A DNA stretch of 64,000 bases from Alphaproteobacteria bacterium (GTDB lineage: Bacteria; Pseudomonadota; Alphaproteobacteria; JBKEAR01). Shown here piece by piece: positions 1 to 8,980 of the stretch (position 1 is its first letter; the number at the start of each line of letters is the position of its first letter). Position numbers and translations under genes: made by a program. The notes under the pieces were generated by a model. It made no database searches. It had not been told where the DNA came from and saw nothing but the letters and a program-made list of their open reading frames with translations. The DNA lies in assembly GCA_047973205.1 (NCBI GenBank), contig JBKEBO010000074.1, positions 12,057-76,056 on the forward strand, given 5' to 3'.

Positions 1-159
1 GTTGGATGTAGACTCAATAAGTAAAATATCGTTATATGTTTGAGCAAGCTCAGCAGCGGCCTCAAGAACTAAAGGATGGGCACTGCATATGGAAACAATA
101 CCAGCTTTGCCTGTTTTTTTATGATTTTTGAGGCGGCTATATACTTTATTTTCGGTCAT
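1..159 (-). CDS. GatZ/KbaZ-family protein (tagatose-bisphosphate aldolase accessory subunit / tagatose-6-P kinase-like), N-terminal 53 aa only; continues upstream of window
   Basis: Minus-strand frame from ATG at 157-159 gives MTENKVYSRLKNHKKTGKAGIVSICSAHPLVLEAAAELA..LLIESTSN, matching the conserved GatZ/KbaZ N-terminus (GICSVCSAHPLVIEAA..LLIEATSN). Overlaps the DeoR stop by 14 nt, so probably one operon. Absent from the ORF track because it is below the 60-aa cutoff. Confidence 0.6.
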   Translation of the reverse strand, partial: MTENKVYSRLKNHKKTGKAGIVSICSAHPLVLEAAAELAQTYNDILLIESTSN

Positions 160-940
160 GATAGTCTCCGACTTCGATGAGTTTAATATTCTTTTGAGCA
201 AAAAAGTCTTTATATTCTGCTGGTACACCATGGTTAGAGATAATTGCCGTGATGCGATTAAAGCCTAAGATAGTTCGAAAGGAACGTTTGTTATATTTAG
301 AAGTATCGGCTAAAACATAAACCTCTAAGGATTGCTCAGCCATAATGCGAGTAAGACGAGCTCCAATCTCAGCAGTTGTGGTTAGCCCTGCTTGCAAATC
401 AATGCCATCAACACCAATAAAAGCTTTAGAGAAGTTGCAGCTAAGCAGATTCTCATCAGACATTGCTCCTTCAAAAGACATCATTCCCTTTTGGAGTTCG
501 CCACCAACCGAGTAAACATTGGTATGTGTATGCTCAGCCAAAGTGGATATGGCGACAAGACTATTGGTCATCACATTAATGGGGGTATCAGGCAGATGCT
601 TAACAAATTCTAAAGTGGTTGAGCCTGCATCAACAATAATGGACTCATTGGCTGCAGATACAAGATTTTTGGCAGCATATTGCCCAATAGCCTTTTTGGC
701 CTCAATGGCTTCTTTGGCTTTTTGAGTTAAATTCTTAACAAAAACAAAGCGGTTAGAGGCTATAGCTCCGCCATGATTGCGAAGGGCTATGCCTTTATCG
801 TCTAAATATTTTAAGTCACGGCGAATGGTCATGATGGAAACATTAAAAAGGGAAGATAATTTTTGCGAAGAAACAGCTCCCTCATCTTGTAGTATTTTTT
901 GGATTTCATAACGCCGTTTTGCCGTTGATAGATTTTCCAT
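146..940 (-). CDS. DeoR/GlpR-family transcriptional regulator (sugar-phosphate responsive)
   Basis: N-terminal DeoR HTH (RRYEIQKILQDEGAVSSQKLSSLFNVSIMTIRRDLKYLDDKG) followed by a DeoR C-terminal sensor domain. Start moved from 982 to the internal ATG at 940 (MENLSTAK), where the homology begins. Confidence 0.85.
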   Translation of the reverse strand: MENLSTAKRRYEIQKILQDEGAVSSQKLSSLFNVSIMTIRRDLKYLDDKGIALRNHGGAIASNRFVFVKNLTQKAKEAIEAKKAIGQYAAKNLVSAANESIIVDAGSTTLEFVKHLPDTPINVMTNSLVAISTLAEHTHTNVYSVGGELQKGMMSFEGAMSDENLLSCNFSKAFIGVDGIDLQAGLTTTAEIGARLTRIMAEQSLEVYVLADTSKYNKRSFRTILGFNRITAIISNHGVPAEYKDFFAQKNIKLIEVGDYHDRK

Positions 941-1122
941 TATCTTCTCTAAATAAAATGTTATAGACTTGTATACCATCATAGTGCAGTTGATTGATTA
1001 TATTGTCAACAATATTTGTTGTTTTTTGTTACTTTTTTTAAAAAACTAACAAAAAAGAACATTTTTCATTGAAAGAATATAGTTCTAATGGTAGAAATAA
1101 GAAAAGGAAGAATAGGTGATTT

Positions 1123-1932
1123 ATGACAGAAGATATGTTTAAAAAAAGGTTTCAATATGCCCAAGAAATAGCTCTAAGGGCAGGAGACATGGCACTAGAT
1201 TACTTTAAAAAATGCTCTGAACTTAAAATTGAGCAAAAGAAAAATCATCAGGATTTAGTTTCTGAGGCCGATAAAGAGATAGAAACATTTGTCCAAACCT
1301 GCATTGCGGATCAATATCCTGAGGATAACATCTTAGGTGAGGAAGATGGGCTTATTGATAATCAAGGTGATGTAACATGGGTGGTTGACCCGATTGATGG
1401 GACTTATGCCTTTTTACATGGTATCCCTTTTTGGTGCATATCTATTGCTGCTCTTCATCATGGTGAGCCTATCTTTGGTGTGATTGTAGACCCTAATCAT
1501 CAAGAGATTTATACTGCTTTTAAAGGTGAGGGGGCTTTTTGTAATGGAAATCCTATTTATTGTTTAAAAGATGCAACCCTGCAGTCAGCTTCGGTTGCCT
1601 TTGGTATAGATAAGGGTAAGAAGGCTGAGTTGGCTGAAAAATTTATCCATGAGAGTATAAAAGAAGGGGTTCATATTGCCCGTACTTATACTTGTGCTCT
1701 TAATATGGCATGGACAGCTGCTGGGAGGATTATGGCAAGCTTTTATCCTTATGTTAGCTCGTGGGATTTCTGTGCAGGATTGATTTTAATTGAAGAGGCG
1801 GGAGGAAGGCATAATAGCCCATTAAAACAGAATGGTCTGTATGAGGGCGGAGCTTTGCTTGCCTCAGCTTCGGATGTTTATGATGAACTTTTCGACTTAT
1901 GCCAAATGAAAGAATTAGAGCAATTAAAATAG
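1123..1932 (+). CDS. inositol monophosphatase (IMPase/SuhB) family protein
   Basis: Carries the diagnostic IMPase motifs WVVDPIDGT and WDFCAG. SD gaaaaggaag lies upstream of the ATG. Confidence 0.85.
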   Translation: MTEDMFKKRFQYAQEIALRAGDMALDYFKKCSELKIEQKKNHQDLVSEADKEIETFVQTCIADQYPEDNILGEEDGLIDNQGDVTWVVDPIDGTYAFLHGIPFWCISIAALHHGEPIFGVIVDPNHQEIYTAFKGEGAFCNGNPIYCLKDATLQSASVAFGIDKGKKAELAEKFIHESIKEGVHIARTYTCALNMAWTAAGRIMASFYPYVSSWDFCAGLILIEEAGGRHNSPLKQNGLYEGGALLASASDVYDELFDLCQMKELEQLK

Positions 1933-1947
1933 ATTAAGGAGACAAAT

Positions 1948-2772
1948 ATGCGGTTTTTAGCACTCAAAAAAGGTTATGATGAATGGGTTGCCAACTATAT
2001 TTTAGATGCTATTAAAAAGGCACAACCTACGGCTGAGAAACCATTTGTCTTAGGGTTGCCTACAGGCAGTGCTCCGATTGAAGTCTATCGGCATTTTGTT
2101 GAAGCCTGCAGGCAAGGTGAGGTGAGCTTTAAGCATGTGGTTACTTTTAATATGGATGAGTATATAGGCTTAGCTTTTGACCATCCGCAAAGTTATCATT
2201 ATTTTATGAATGAGCATCTGTTTAACCATATTGATATTCCTAAGGAAAATATTAATATTCCTAATGGTATGGCAAAGGATATTGATGGAGAAGTTATTGC
2301 CTATGAGGAAAAAATTAGAGCGGTTGGTGGTATTGATTTATTTTTGGGTGGTGTGGGAAGTGATGGTCATATTGCCTTTAACGAGCCTGGCTCATCTTTA
2401 TCATCTTATACCCGCGAAAAAACCTTAACACGGCGGACTTTAGTGGATAATGCTCGCTTTTTTGATAATGATCCAGAAAAAGTTCCACCAACGGCAATAA
2501 CTGTTGGTATTCAAACAATTATGGATGCAAAAGAGGTGATTATTTTAGCAAAAGGTCTTCATAAAGCTTTGGCCATACAAAAAGCAGTGGAGGGGCCTGT
2601 TAATCATATGTGTCCTGTTACAGTGTTGCAGATGCATCGCAAGTTTATTATGGTTTGTGATGAGTTGGCATCGGTTGAGCTGCGTCTAAAAACTATACGT
2701 TATTTTTCGCAAATTGAAGGGTTGATTAACCCAAAGCTCAAAGATTTGCTCGTTTGCTATCGTGATGATTAA
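1948..2772 (+). CDS. nagB: glucosamine-6-phosphate deaminase
   Basis: Matches NagB along its length: [41 protein letters not shown]. Sits 16 nt after the IMPase gene. Confidence 0.9.
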   Translation: MRFLALKKGYDEWVANYILDAIKKAQPTAEKPFVLGLPTGSAPIEVYRHFVEACRQGEVSFKHVVTFNMDEYIGLAFDHPQSYHYFMNEHLFNHIDIPKENINIPNGMAKDIDGEVIAYEEKIRAVGGIDLFLGGVGSDGHIAFNEPGSSLSSYTREKTLTRRTLVDNARFFDNDPEKVPPTAITVGIQTIMDAKEVIILAKGLHKALAIQKAVEGPVNHMCPVTVLQMHRKFIMVCDELASVELRLKTIRYFSQIEGLINPKLKDLLVCYRDD

Positions 2773-2778
2773 TCATTA

Positions 2779-2816
2779 AAAAAGCGACTTACACATGATA
2801 TAAGCCGCTTTTATTT
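2779..2816. terminator. bidirectional rho-independent terminator between nagB (+) and the HslJ-like gene (-)
   Basis: 12-bp stem aaaagcgactta / taagccgctttt with one mismatch and a 9-nt loop. The hairpin is flanked by A-run and T-run on the two sides. Confidence 0.55.
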
Positions 2817-2837
2817 TATGGTTTGGATAAAAGTATC

Positions 2838-3275
2838 TTAATCGAGATTAAGCTTTCGCCAAGTCATTAAAATCTTATCATTTTCTTTAAGGGTTAAGAG
2901 ATTGTCTTTACGCTCAAAGCTATTGATTTTTGTGAATAAAGGAAGAATTTTAGGTTCAAACTCATCATTAAAGCATGCTTTTTTAGTTGCGGCAATAGCT
3001 CCAAATGTAATCTTGTTTTTTGATGCTTCAAAGCTTCCACGAATATTATTACAGCCAGCAAATCCTGTAATGGTTTTATCCTCAGGGTTAAGCTTAAATG
3101 TTGGCCATGATTTATCTGCAGGAATGGGGATTTCTTTGCCATCATCAAATGCATATAAAACGAATGTTCCATTAAGTGATTCTTTTAAGCTGAGACCTTT
3201 TTTATCGCCCATAGCATAGGCACTTCCTGCGATAGTCATAAAAATAGCGACAATCGTAAACAAGATTTTTTTCAT
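2838..3275 (-). CDS. META/HslJ-like domain secreted protein
   Basis: Signal peptide MKKILFTIVAIFMTIAGSAYA. HslJ/META signature LNGTFVL...GFAGCNNIRGSFEA...FGAIAATKKAC. Confidence 0.6.
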   Translation of the reverse strand: MKKILFTIVAIFMTIAGSAYAMGDKKGLSLKESLNGTFVLYAFDDGKEIPIPADKSWPTFKLNPEDKTITGFAGCNNIRGSFEASKNKITFGAIAATKKACFNDEFEPKILPLFTKINSFERKDNLLTLKENDKILMTWRKLNLD

Positions 3276-3432
3276 TTATATTATTCCTTTTTTCAAAAAC
3301 TTAATAGCTTTGTTTAACCACAAAATTATGTTGTGAGTAAGGCAAGCTAAAAAAACATAAGGTTGTATGGAACATATTTTACATAGTATAATATTCATAT
3401 AGATTGTTTCACATGATGAAAGATACTAATTT

Positions 3433-4731
3433 ATGCGACTTATTACTATATGTTTACTGTTATTATCTCTACAAGCAAGTGCATTTTCCCTTAGTATAAA
3501 AGATTATACGACTGCAGAGCAGTATCAAATTATTCGCAGTCTTAATCGTGAGGAACGCTATCGTGATAGTCTGAATATTTTAGCAGAAATTCCTATTCTT
3601 TCTTATGAGCTTTTGGAGCTTAAAAAAGATGCTGAAAATGGCCTGCAACATCAACTGCAGACAAGCAAGAGCTTTAGAGAAACATTAGAGCAGGCACCAT
3701 CCAGAGCAGATATTCGCCTTAAGCTTGCACAAACCCTAGAAAATACAGGCTATTATGATGCTGCACGCTACCAGTATAACCGCTTGTTGAATGATGAAGT
3801 CTCCGATGAGTTACGTCAAAATGCTATAGCTTCGGTCAATCGTTTGGAAGAAAGCTCTAAAAATTGGTATATCCATCTTAAAATGAGCGGCTATTATGAT
3901 GCAAACATTAATAGAGCTCCCAAGCAAAAAAGAGTGGAGATACAAGGCTACTGGTTTAATTTGGAGTCTCCTATTTCGGCCTATATGCTTGCGACAGATT
4001 TAAAAATGGGTGTGAATTATCGTATAAAAAAAGGCTTGTCGTGGCAAACACATGGAGCAGCCTTATTACAAAATGCTCTTTGGGCTAGTGAGGATACCCA
4101 TAATCGCTATGATATGCTTAACATCCAACTGCAAACAGGTTTGGTTTATCGTCCGAATATGAAGCATCGCTATACATTGCAAACCTATATTCAAAGAGGT
4201 TATCAGGGTTACCATTTTGAGCATCAATATATTGGATTGCAAGGAAGCTATAGTCTTTATTATAAGCAGTTAATGTTGGGACTTTCTCAAGATTTTTCCT
4301 ATCGGGATTATGTTGCAAATGCCTTTGATGGATGGCAATCTCGAAGCAATATCAACTTGGCTTGGGCAAGCAGCCCAAAAGAGCAATATAGCCTTGGGCT
4401 AGAATATATTTATAATAAAGCTCAGCAGAATGTTCATACTTATCAAAGCTTACAGGCTAACCTTGTATGGAGTAAACTACATGCCCATCAAATAAATACA
4501 ACATTATCCCTTTGGTGCGGCTTACGCAGCTACGAGGCTCGCTCGCAGCTCTTTTTATCTAGACGAAAAGATTATGAATGGGGAACATCCATTGATTTTG
4601 CTAAAAACAACTGGAAGATATATTCTCTTGTTCCGCATTTTCAATATGGATATAAGCAGCTTCGTTCTAACCAAACGATATTTAATCAAAATGCCCATCA
4701 ATTTATGTTCTATTTTGTCAAAAATTTCTAA
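3433..4731 (+). CDS. outer-membrane protein with N-terminal TPR-like region and C-terminal beta-barrel (DUF560 / Slam-like architecture)
   Basis: Signal peptide MRLITICLLLLSLQASAFS. About 130 aa of helical TPR-like sequence is followed by about 280 aa of alternating aromatic/polar beta-strand pattern, ending in the OMP C-terminal signature ...YFVKNF. Family assignment rests on architecture only. Confidence 0.5.
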   Translation: MRLITICLLLLSLQASAFSLSIKDYTTAEQYQIIRSLNREERYRDSLNILAEIPILSYELLELKKDAENGLQHQLQTSKSFRETLEQAPSRADIRLKLAQTLENTGYYDAARYQYNRLLNDEVSDELRQNAIASVNRLEESSKNWYIHLKMSGYYDANINRAPKQKRVEIQGYWFNLESPISAYMLATDLKMGVNYRIKKGLSWQTHGAALLQNALWASEDTHNRYDMLNIQLQTGLVYRPNMKHRYTLQTYIQRGYQGYHFEHQYIGLQGSYSLYYKQLMLGLSQDFSYRDYVANAFDGWQSRSNINLAWASSPKEQYSLGLEYIYNKAQQNVHTYQSLQANLVWSKLHAHQINTTLSLWCGLRSYEARSQLFLSRRKDYEWGTSIDFAKNNWKIYSLVPHFQYGYKQLRSNQTIFNQNAHQFMFYFVKNF

Positions 4732-4855
4732 ATTTTGCCCTTGTTTTGTCTTATTTGTAGTGAATAAGAGTAAGTTAGTAACCTTTTTGTAACTTCTTTG
4801 TGACAAAATCAGGGTATAAAAAGCCAATATGATTGATACTTATAAGGAATAATGC

Positions 4856-6100
4856 ATGTGGTCGGCAAAAAATGAATACCACAAAAAACTTTTATTTTCG
4901 TCTATATTCTTAGGGTTACTAGGGGTAAGCTATGCATATGCCACAACTATTCCAGGGCTTGAAGAGATTTTAAAAGAGGCTGATGAAGCCACGCAAAATA
5001 TAACGACTTCAACGACCTCAACACCGCAAACACCAGTTCCTCACGTGGAACAATCAACAGATGGCCAAGGCTCAGTCTTTGTTTTTCCTTCGCCTTCGCA
5101 ACAACAAGCTGCGGAGCAAAATAATGAGCAAAATACATCAACACCAAGCCATATTGTACCGCCACCTCCCAGTAGAGAGGCTGTATCAACTCAAACGGCA
5201 CAATCAACCGAAAATATTCAAACAATTATAGGAGACGATGAAATTCAGCGGCTTTTAGGGGATGGGCCTTTGGCAGATCATGGGCCTGATCATCAAGTGG
5301 TTCGTATTCCTGCAGAATATGTCCCTGTTGCTCCGCCACGTCCTTTAGATAGTATTTTAGATGAGGTTGCAAGTCAGCCAGTTGTGGTAGATGCTCCTGA
5401 TAATTTAACCAAAGGTATCTTAACGGCAAGTATGACTAATCCTGCACTTAAAGGGCGAGGCAATAAAAAGATTGTTATTTTAACACCGCCGCCACGTCCT
5501 AAAGGGCTAAAAAATCCTAGTAGCCTTGCACAAATAGATCAAGATGATATTGTTGTGGCCTCAACAAGTTCTTCACAAGCCTTTGTAACCAGCAGTGGCC
5601 GTCTAAAAATACGTTATCAAACAATCCGCTATCAAAAAATTGGCCGTTGTAATATTCGTAATGTACGTAAGGTAACAGGGGTAGGGCAAGCCTCAATTGT
5701 TCCTGCAGCAATTATGAAAAAAGATCTTTCTGTTAAAATTGCTCAATTTGAGCGTGATGTTGTTCAGCCTGCAGCTCGCCGTTATTATGGCGTTCCTGTA
5801 ACACAAATGAAGCAGCTTTCAAGCTTCCGTTGTACGAATATTGCAGGAACACGAACACTTTCAGAACATACGAAAGCCAATGCGTTAGATGTTTCTACAT
5901 TTGTTTTTGCCGATGGACGTTCTGTGAATTTAGTTAAAGGCTGGCGGGGTTCTAGCCGTGAACGTAAATTCTTGCGTGAGCTTCAAAAGGGAGCCTGTGG
6001 TATCTTTGGTACAACATTAACACCCAATTACAATAGAGACCATTATAATCACTTCCACCTTGATAATAAAATTCGTAAGAGCAAAAATATTTGTAAGTAG
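4856..6100 (+). CDS. extensin-like C-terminal domain protein (Pro-rich, secreted)
   Basis: Signal peptide, proline-rich low-complexity middle (PPPPSREAV, PVAPPRP, TPPPRPKG). C-terminal domain with the conserved ...NHFHLD motif of the alphaproteobacterial extensin-like family. Confidence 0.65.
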   Translation: MWSAKNEYHKKLLFSSIFLGLLGVSYAYATTIPGLEEILKEADEATQNITTSTTSTPQTPVPHVEQSTDGQGSVFVFPSPSQQQAAEQNNEQNTSTPSHIVPPPPSREAVSTQTAQSTENIQTIIGDDEIQRLLGDGPLADHGPDHQVVRIPAEYVPVAPPRPLDSILDEVASQPVVVDAPDNLTKGILTASMTNPALKGRGNKKIVILTPPPRPKGLKNPSSLAQIDQDDIVVASTSSSQAFVTSSGRLKIRYQTIRYQKIGRCNIRNVRKVTGVGQASIVPAAIMKKDLSVKIAQFERDVVQPAARRYYGVPVTQMKQLSSFRCTNIAGTRTLSEHTKANALDVSTFVFADGRSVNLVKGWRGSSRERKFLRELQKGACGIFGTTLTPNYNRDHYNHFHLDNKIRKSKNICK

Positions 6101-6103
6101 AAC

Positions 6104-7033
6104 CTATAGTTTTATAACGGTTAGCTTGTCTTTGAGTTCATTAAAGGCGGCCATATCGGTTGTACCAACACCTAGATGGGTTACAGAAATGGCTGAGGCC
6201 GCAATGGCAGTTTTGGCTGCTTCTAAGTCAGAGCATTCAGAGATTTTAGCAGCCAGCCATGCTCCTACAAGGCTATCACCTGCACCAACGGTTGAAACAA
6301 TGTTCATTTTAGGGGGGATAACATGATAACAACCCTCAGCAGAGCAGAAAATTCCGCCATCTTCACCTAAAGAAACCGCAACATTTTCTACATATTGTTG
6401 TTGTATCTCTTTGGCTGCTTGGATTATTTCTTTAATAGAGCCTAGTTTTTGCTGAGTTAAATCTTCAAGCTCAAAATTATTGGGTTTAATAAACCATGGC
6501 TTTTCTTTTACGGCTTTTTTTAATGCATCTTTAGATGTATCGAGTAATATTTTTTTACCATTTTTTTTAAGCTCGCTAATCATATAAGCATAAGTATCAT
6601 CAGGAAGTGAAGCAGGTAAAGAGCCACCTAAAGAGATATAATCAAAGTCATAAGCCATAACCATCGCAAGAACCAAATCCACATCAGCAGGCGAACACTC
6701 AAAAGCAGGAAAGTTAATGTCAGTAGTCTCACCTTTGGGTGTAATCAGCTTAAGATTTTGCCGTGTTTCACCAGGAACAGTCGAAAAAGCATACTGAATT
6801 CCTCGAGACTGTAAATTGGCCTTAAAATCAGCAACTGACTTACTTCCCATAAGTCCAGAAGCAATTGTTTCTATGCCAAATTGGACTAAAACATCAGCCA
6901 TATTAATGCCTTTGCCACCAAAGCGGTCAAAACTTTTCTTTACGATATTTACACGGCCAAAATTAAGCTCGTCAACTTCTCCCGCACGATCAATCGCAGG
7001 GTTGAGCGTTATACAAATAACAGGTTTTACCAT
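6104..7033 (-). CDS. PfkB-family hexose-phosphate kinase (1-phosphofructokinase / tagatose-6-phosphate kinase type)
   Basis: ITLNPAIDR...GGKGINMA N-terminal motif and C-terminal GAGDS anion hole, typical of FruK/LacC. Start moved to the internal ATG at 7033 (MVKPVICITLNPA), which has an agagagg SD. Confidence 0.85.
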   Translation of the reverse strand: MVKPVICITLNPAIDRAGEVDELNFGRVNIVKKSFDRFGGKGINMADVLVQFGIETIASGLMGSKSVADFKANLQSRGIQYAFSTVPGETRQNLKLITPKGETTDINFPAFECSPADVDLVLAMVMAYDFDYISLGGSLPASLPDDTYAYMISELKKNGKKILLDTSKDALKKAVKEKPWFIKPNNFELEDLTQQKLGSIKEIIQAAKEIQQQYVENVAVSLGEDGGIFCSAEGCYHVIPPKMNIVSTVGAGDSLVGAWLAAKISECSDLEAAKTAIAASAISVTHLGVGTTDMAAFNELKDKLTVIKL

Positions 7034-7338
7034 TTTCTTGCCTCTCTTATTTTTATTATTATTTTCAATGGTTGGATTTTGAATAAAACCAAAGGATTCC
7101 CCCATAACATATACTTATATGATATGTTTATTTATAGCATATGTTCTTAGGAAAAAATACTTTTTTTATATTTTCAACAATCCTTGATGTGGCTATTTTT
7201 TACAGAATAACCAAAAAGAAAATACTCGAATGTAATTTAGATAAAAAAGAGCTTTTAAAATGGCTCTTTTTTGGCTATTCTTAATATAGATGAGATGAAC
7301 AAATAATTTGTGAAAGAGATATTTTTTAATTCAAGCCA

Positions 7339-7668
7339 ATGGTGAATATACTCGCTTCCATTAAAAAGATGATAGTCTTTATTCTTTTACTTTCTTTTTT
7401 ACCTTTGCTACAAGCACAGGCAATAAGTGAGTATTGCCCAATGGATGAATGTACGTCTCAGATAACTATGCAGATGAACCATAATCAAGCACAATCAGAT
7501 GGGCATCATGACCAAGCTAATCATGATTCTCACTGCAATCTTTGTTATTTTTTGTCAACTTATAGTTATTATTTTGAGCAAAATATTTTATTGGTTAAGA
7601 TGGGCTATTACAAGCTTTCTTATAGTTCTTACCATCAACCGCTTATAACTCCACCACCTAATTTATAA
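7339..7668 (+). CDS. hypothetical small secreted His/Cys-rich protein
   Basis: Hydrophobic signal-like N-terminus (MIVFILLLSFLPLLQAQA). CPMDEC...GHHDQANHDSHCNLC cluster. No recognisable family. Confidence 0.35.
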   Translation: MVNILASIKKMIVFILLLSFLPLLQAQAISEYCPMDECTSQITMQMNHNQAQSDGHHDQANHDSHCNLCYFLSTYSYYFEQNILLVKMGYYKLSYSSYHQPLITPPPNL

Positions 7669-7727
7669 ACTGTAAACCAAAATACAGTTAACAGTAAAAA
7701 TATTTATAAATTTCAAGGAGTTTTAAA

Positions 7728-8258
7728 ATGAATAAACTACAAACTATTGCTTCTGCAATCATTATTTCAACAATGGCAATGAGTGCTTCAGCAAAAAATA
7801 TCACCCCGGAAGAATTTGCAAAATTATCACCACGTGATGCAATTACCCTTTCTCATGATTGGCATGGTAAAAAACAAACTATGGTTGCAGCAACCCCCAA
7901 TGGAATTGAGGCAACTTTTAAGAATGGTCAAAAAGTAACAATCCCTTTACAAGATGAATTTTTTGTATCAGTGGCCCCTTATATTAAACGTACCCATGAA
8001 TGTGCTTATCATGTCCCTACAGGATGTACGGGCGAGCTTGTGGGCAAAAAAATGCAACTAAAAATAACCGATAAAGCTACAGGTGAAGTTATTAGAGATG
8101 AGGATATTACCACCCAAAAAGATGGCTTTGTAGATTTATGGCTACCTAAAGAGAAAGAATTCCTAGTCGAGTTCACTTATAAAGGTAAAAAGGCAAGCCA
8201 AGTTCTTGCAACCAATAAAGATAGCCATACCTGCATCACCACCATGCAGCTTAAGTAA
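7728..8258 (+). CDS. hypothetical periplasmic protein (possible CueP-like metal-binding protein)
   Basis: Signal peptide MNKLQTIASAIIISTMAMSASA and a good SD (caaggag). Conserved-looking ...FFVSVAPYIKRTHECAYHVPTGCTGE... The CueP resemblance is from memory only. Confidence 0.6.
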   Translation: MNKLQTIASAIIISTMAMSASAKNITPEEFAKLSPRDAITLSHDWHGKKQTMVAATPNGIEATFKNGQKVTIPLQDEFFVSVAPYIKRTHECAYHVPTGCTGELVGKKMQLKITDKATGEVIRDEDITTQKDGFVDLWLPKEKEFLVEFTYKGKKASQVLATNKDSHTCITTMQLK

Positions 8259-8411
8259 TGATGTTAGGGCTTTGTGCTTTTCGCTTTCTTTTTTGAAGTG
8301 AGCTAAAAGGGAAGCGAAAGGTGCAAACCTCTAATAAAAACATATCCACAGAATTTATATTATATGTTATCATGTTCAAAACCTCTTCTTTAAAAGATAA
8401 GGAGTATAAAA

Positions 8412-8687
8412 ATGCGGATATTATTAGGCTTTATGACTTTGTTATTGCTTGCATCATGTAGCCCTTATGATGCTTCAAAGCCTCGCCCTGATTACTCTTA
8501 TGTTTATCGTTGTGATAGTAAGGCTGCTTGTTATGATGCCGCTACCATCAAATGTAAGCCTGCGGGTAAAAATAAAAAGCCAACCAATATGAGCTTAAAA
8601 ACAGTTCATGACCGCAAGGAGGTCTCTGGTCTGCTTGGTGGAAGCATCTACCGAAGCTACTATGAAGCCCGCTTTGAATGCAAGTAG
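8412..8687 (+). CDS. small lipoprotein, 4 additional Cys
   Basis: Lipobox LLLASC at residues 12-17. SD ataaggag upstream. Confidence 0.55.
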   Translation: MRILLGFMTLLLLASCSPYDASKPRPDYSYVYRCDSKAACYDAATIKCKPAGKNKKPTNMSLKTVHDRKEVSGLLGGSIYRSYYEARFECK

Positions 8688-8762
8688 TTTAGGGCTTGAC
8701 AACATAGCCATACTCCCTTAACCTTATAAACTACAGATATAAAAATAGTAGAGTTTTTGATA

Positions 8763-8864
8763 ATGGATAATGTTTTTAACAGTTTAAGCAATATTCACTT
8801 TTCTTGTTATAAAGAAGAGCATCTTGACCTACTCCTCTCTTCATTACGACTTAAGAGCCTCTGA
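8763..8864 (+). CDS. candidate leu leader peptide (33 aa, Leu-codon-rich C-terminus)
   Basis: Translated by hand as MDNVFNSLSNIHFSCYKEEHLDLLLSSLRLKSL*, with 7 Leu in the last 13 codons (cta ctc ctc ... tta .. ctt .. ctc). The stop codon lies inside the first arm of a hairpin 117 nt upstream of leuA. Not in the ORF track (under 60 aa). Confidence 0.45.
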   Translation: MDNVFNSLSNIHFSCYKEEHLDLLLSSLRLKSL

Positions 8865-8945
8865 ATACGAGGTGATTTGGCTCATTTGCAGCTAAAAGTA
8901 TTCAGGGGGAATGTAGCTCATCAAATTAGTGAGCCCAACAATTTT
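8858..8945 (+). promoter_or_regulatory. candidate leuA transcription-attenuator hairpins
   Basis: Inverted repeat cctctgaatac (8858-8868) / gtattcagggg (8899-8909). A second hairpin tagctca..tgagccca is followed by a T-rich stretch. Alternative pairing ggctcat/gtgagcc is possible. Confidence 0.4.
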
Positions 8946-8980
8946 CTAAATTATATAAAATAAACTAGATAGGATTAGAT

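Noticed and set aside
146-982. 5-prime extended ORF starts given by the track (146..982, 6104..7105, 13828..14676, 14640..15077, 18804..19118, 27006..27329, 31426.., 37945.., 54746..55573, 60190..61527, 61548..62060, 62112..)
   Set aside because: Homology begins at internal ATGs that have better SD sequences. The extensions overlap neighbouring genes or add non-conserved residues.
2894-3219. Nested and antisense ORFs inside well-supported genes (e.g. 2894..3172, 2902..3219, 4947..5429, 6060..6326, 12374..12667, 16788..17009, 18277..18714, 19833..20283, 20801..22513, 23130..23985, 24442..25632, 31440..32171, 38213..39487, 45060..46429, 51268..51811, 56642..56920, 58608..58928, 60707..61351, 61635..62832)
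   Set aside because: All lie within or antisense to genes with strong family-level signatures. They have no SD or homology, and their composition follows the host gene frame.
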